Source: Sminthopsis crassicaudata (Eukaryota). From it: DNA of 64,000 nucleotides. Below the pieces are notes generated by a model. The model saw only the letters and a program-made list of their open reading frames with translations. It was not told the origin of the DNA and searched no databases. This document shows positions 63,420-64,000 of this stretch, piece after piece. Location: positions 216,721,198 through 216,785,197 of the forward strand of contig NC_133622.1 of NCBI RefSeq assembly GCF_048593235.1, given 5' to 3'. Positions within the stretch are counted from its first letter, which is position 1. Every line of letters starts with the position of its first letter. The position numbers and the translations under genes are program-made.

Positions 63420-63750
63420 CAGCTTGGGGGTTTCCCTATTGTGTAACTATATTTGAGTATAATTGCTTTCCTTTGTAATCCTCTTTATTTTGCACACTTA
63501 AAAATATTTCTGGGATAGTTGGGTGGTGCAGTGGATAGAGTGGAGAGAGAGAGAGAGAGAGGTCCTGGATGGAAAGGGGCCTGAGTTCAGATGGGGTCCC
63601 AGACACTTATTAGCTGTGTGACCCTAGGCAAGTCACTTAACCCTGACTGCCTCAAAAAACAAAACATTGCTGTATTCTGAGAAAAGGTCCACAGGCCTCC
63701 CAGACTTGCAGAGATGTGCGTGACACAGACAAAGTTAAGAATCCCCGCCC
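63420..63750. mobile_element. hAT/Charlie-type MITE split by a SINE
   Basis: Halves at 63420-63511 and 63667-63750 (ending aaagttaagaatcccc) join to resemble 58420-58595. Confidence 0.55.
63512..63666 (+). mobile_element. WSINE1-like SINE with an internal (GA)n, nested in a MITE
   Basis: A box ggtggtgcagtgg, B box gagttcagat, core ctgtgtgaccctaggcaagtcacttaaccc, A-rich tail. Confidence 0.75.
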
Positions 63751-64000
63751 AAAGGAGGACCTGTACTTTACTCCTTCACTTGGGTAGGAGAGCCAGGATC
63801 TGCCAATAACCTGAGCTTCTCTGACAGAAACACCAGCAGCACTAACAGCATTGGCAACTTGAAACAAAAGCCCTACAGCCCAAACCGAAGCTTCCCACCA
63901 CACCTCAGCCTAGGAAAGACTGACACTTGGAAGCTCCAGGCAGGCCCTCGGCGCTTCCCGTCGCCCCCTTGGCTCCCACGGTCCCGCAGTTCCTGCTCCC

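Overview
AT-rich vertebrate genomic DNA, very probably from a dasyurid marsupial such as the Tasmanian devil. This is inferred from the repeat families present (WSINE1-like, MAR1-like and RTE-type SINEs, marsupial L1 3' UTRs). Two protein-coding genes lie on the minus strand in the same order as at the human LGR4-CCDC34 locus. CCDC34 is complete: 6 coding exons, 20041 to 3638, a 1194-nt CDS giving 397 aa, with a CpG-island promoter. LGR4 is partial: exons 5-18, 57446 to 32668, plus a 3' UTR to about 31025; exons 1-4 lie beyond the right edge. All exon boundaries were read by hand and the reading frame closes across every junction. The rest of the window is mostly old L2, MIR and CR1 debris, several L1 fragments, a solo LTR, hAT-type MITEs and simple repeats. 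I found no convincing new gene or biological system. The most interesting observations are: a GC-AG donor at LGR4 exon 16, whose skipping would give an ectodomain-only receptor; a CpG-island-like LGR4 terminal exon with amino-acid changes biased towards GC-rich codons; a compact miRNA/Pumilio site cluster at the end of the LGR4 3' UTR; a young L1 truncated exactly at the RT catalytic motif and fused in frame to a host ATG; an unexplained intronic hairpin; a non-tandem 140-bp duplication; and an L2-derived minisatellite next to the CCDC34 promoter. Comparisons with human sequences are from memory, not from a search.
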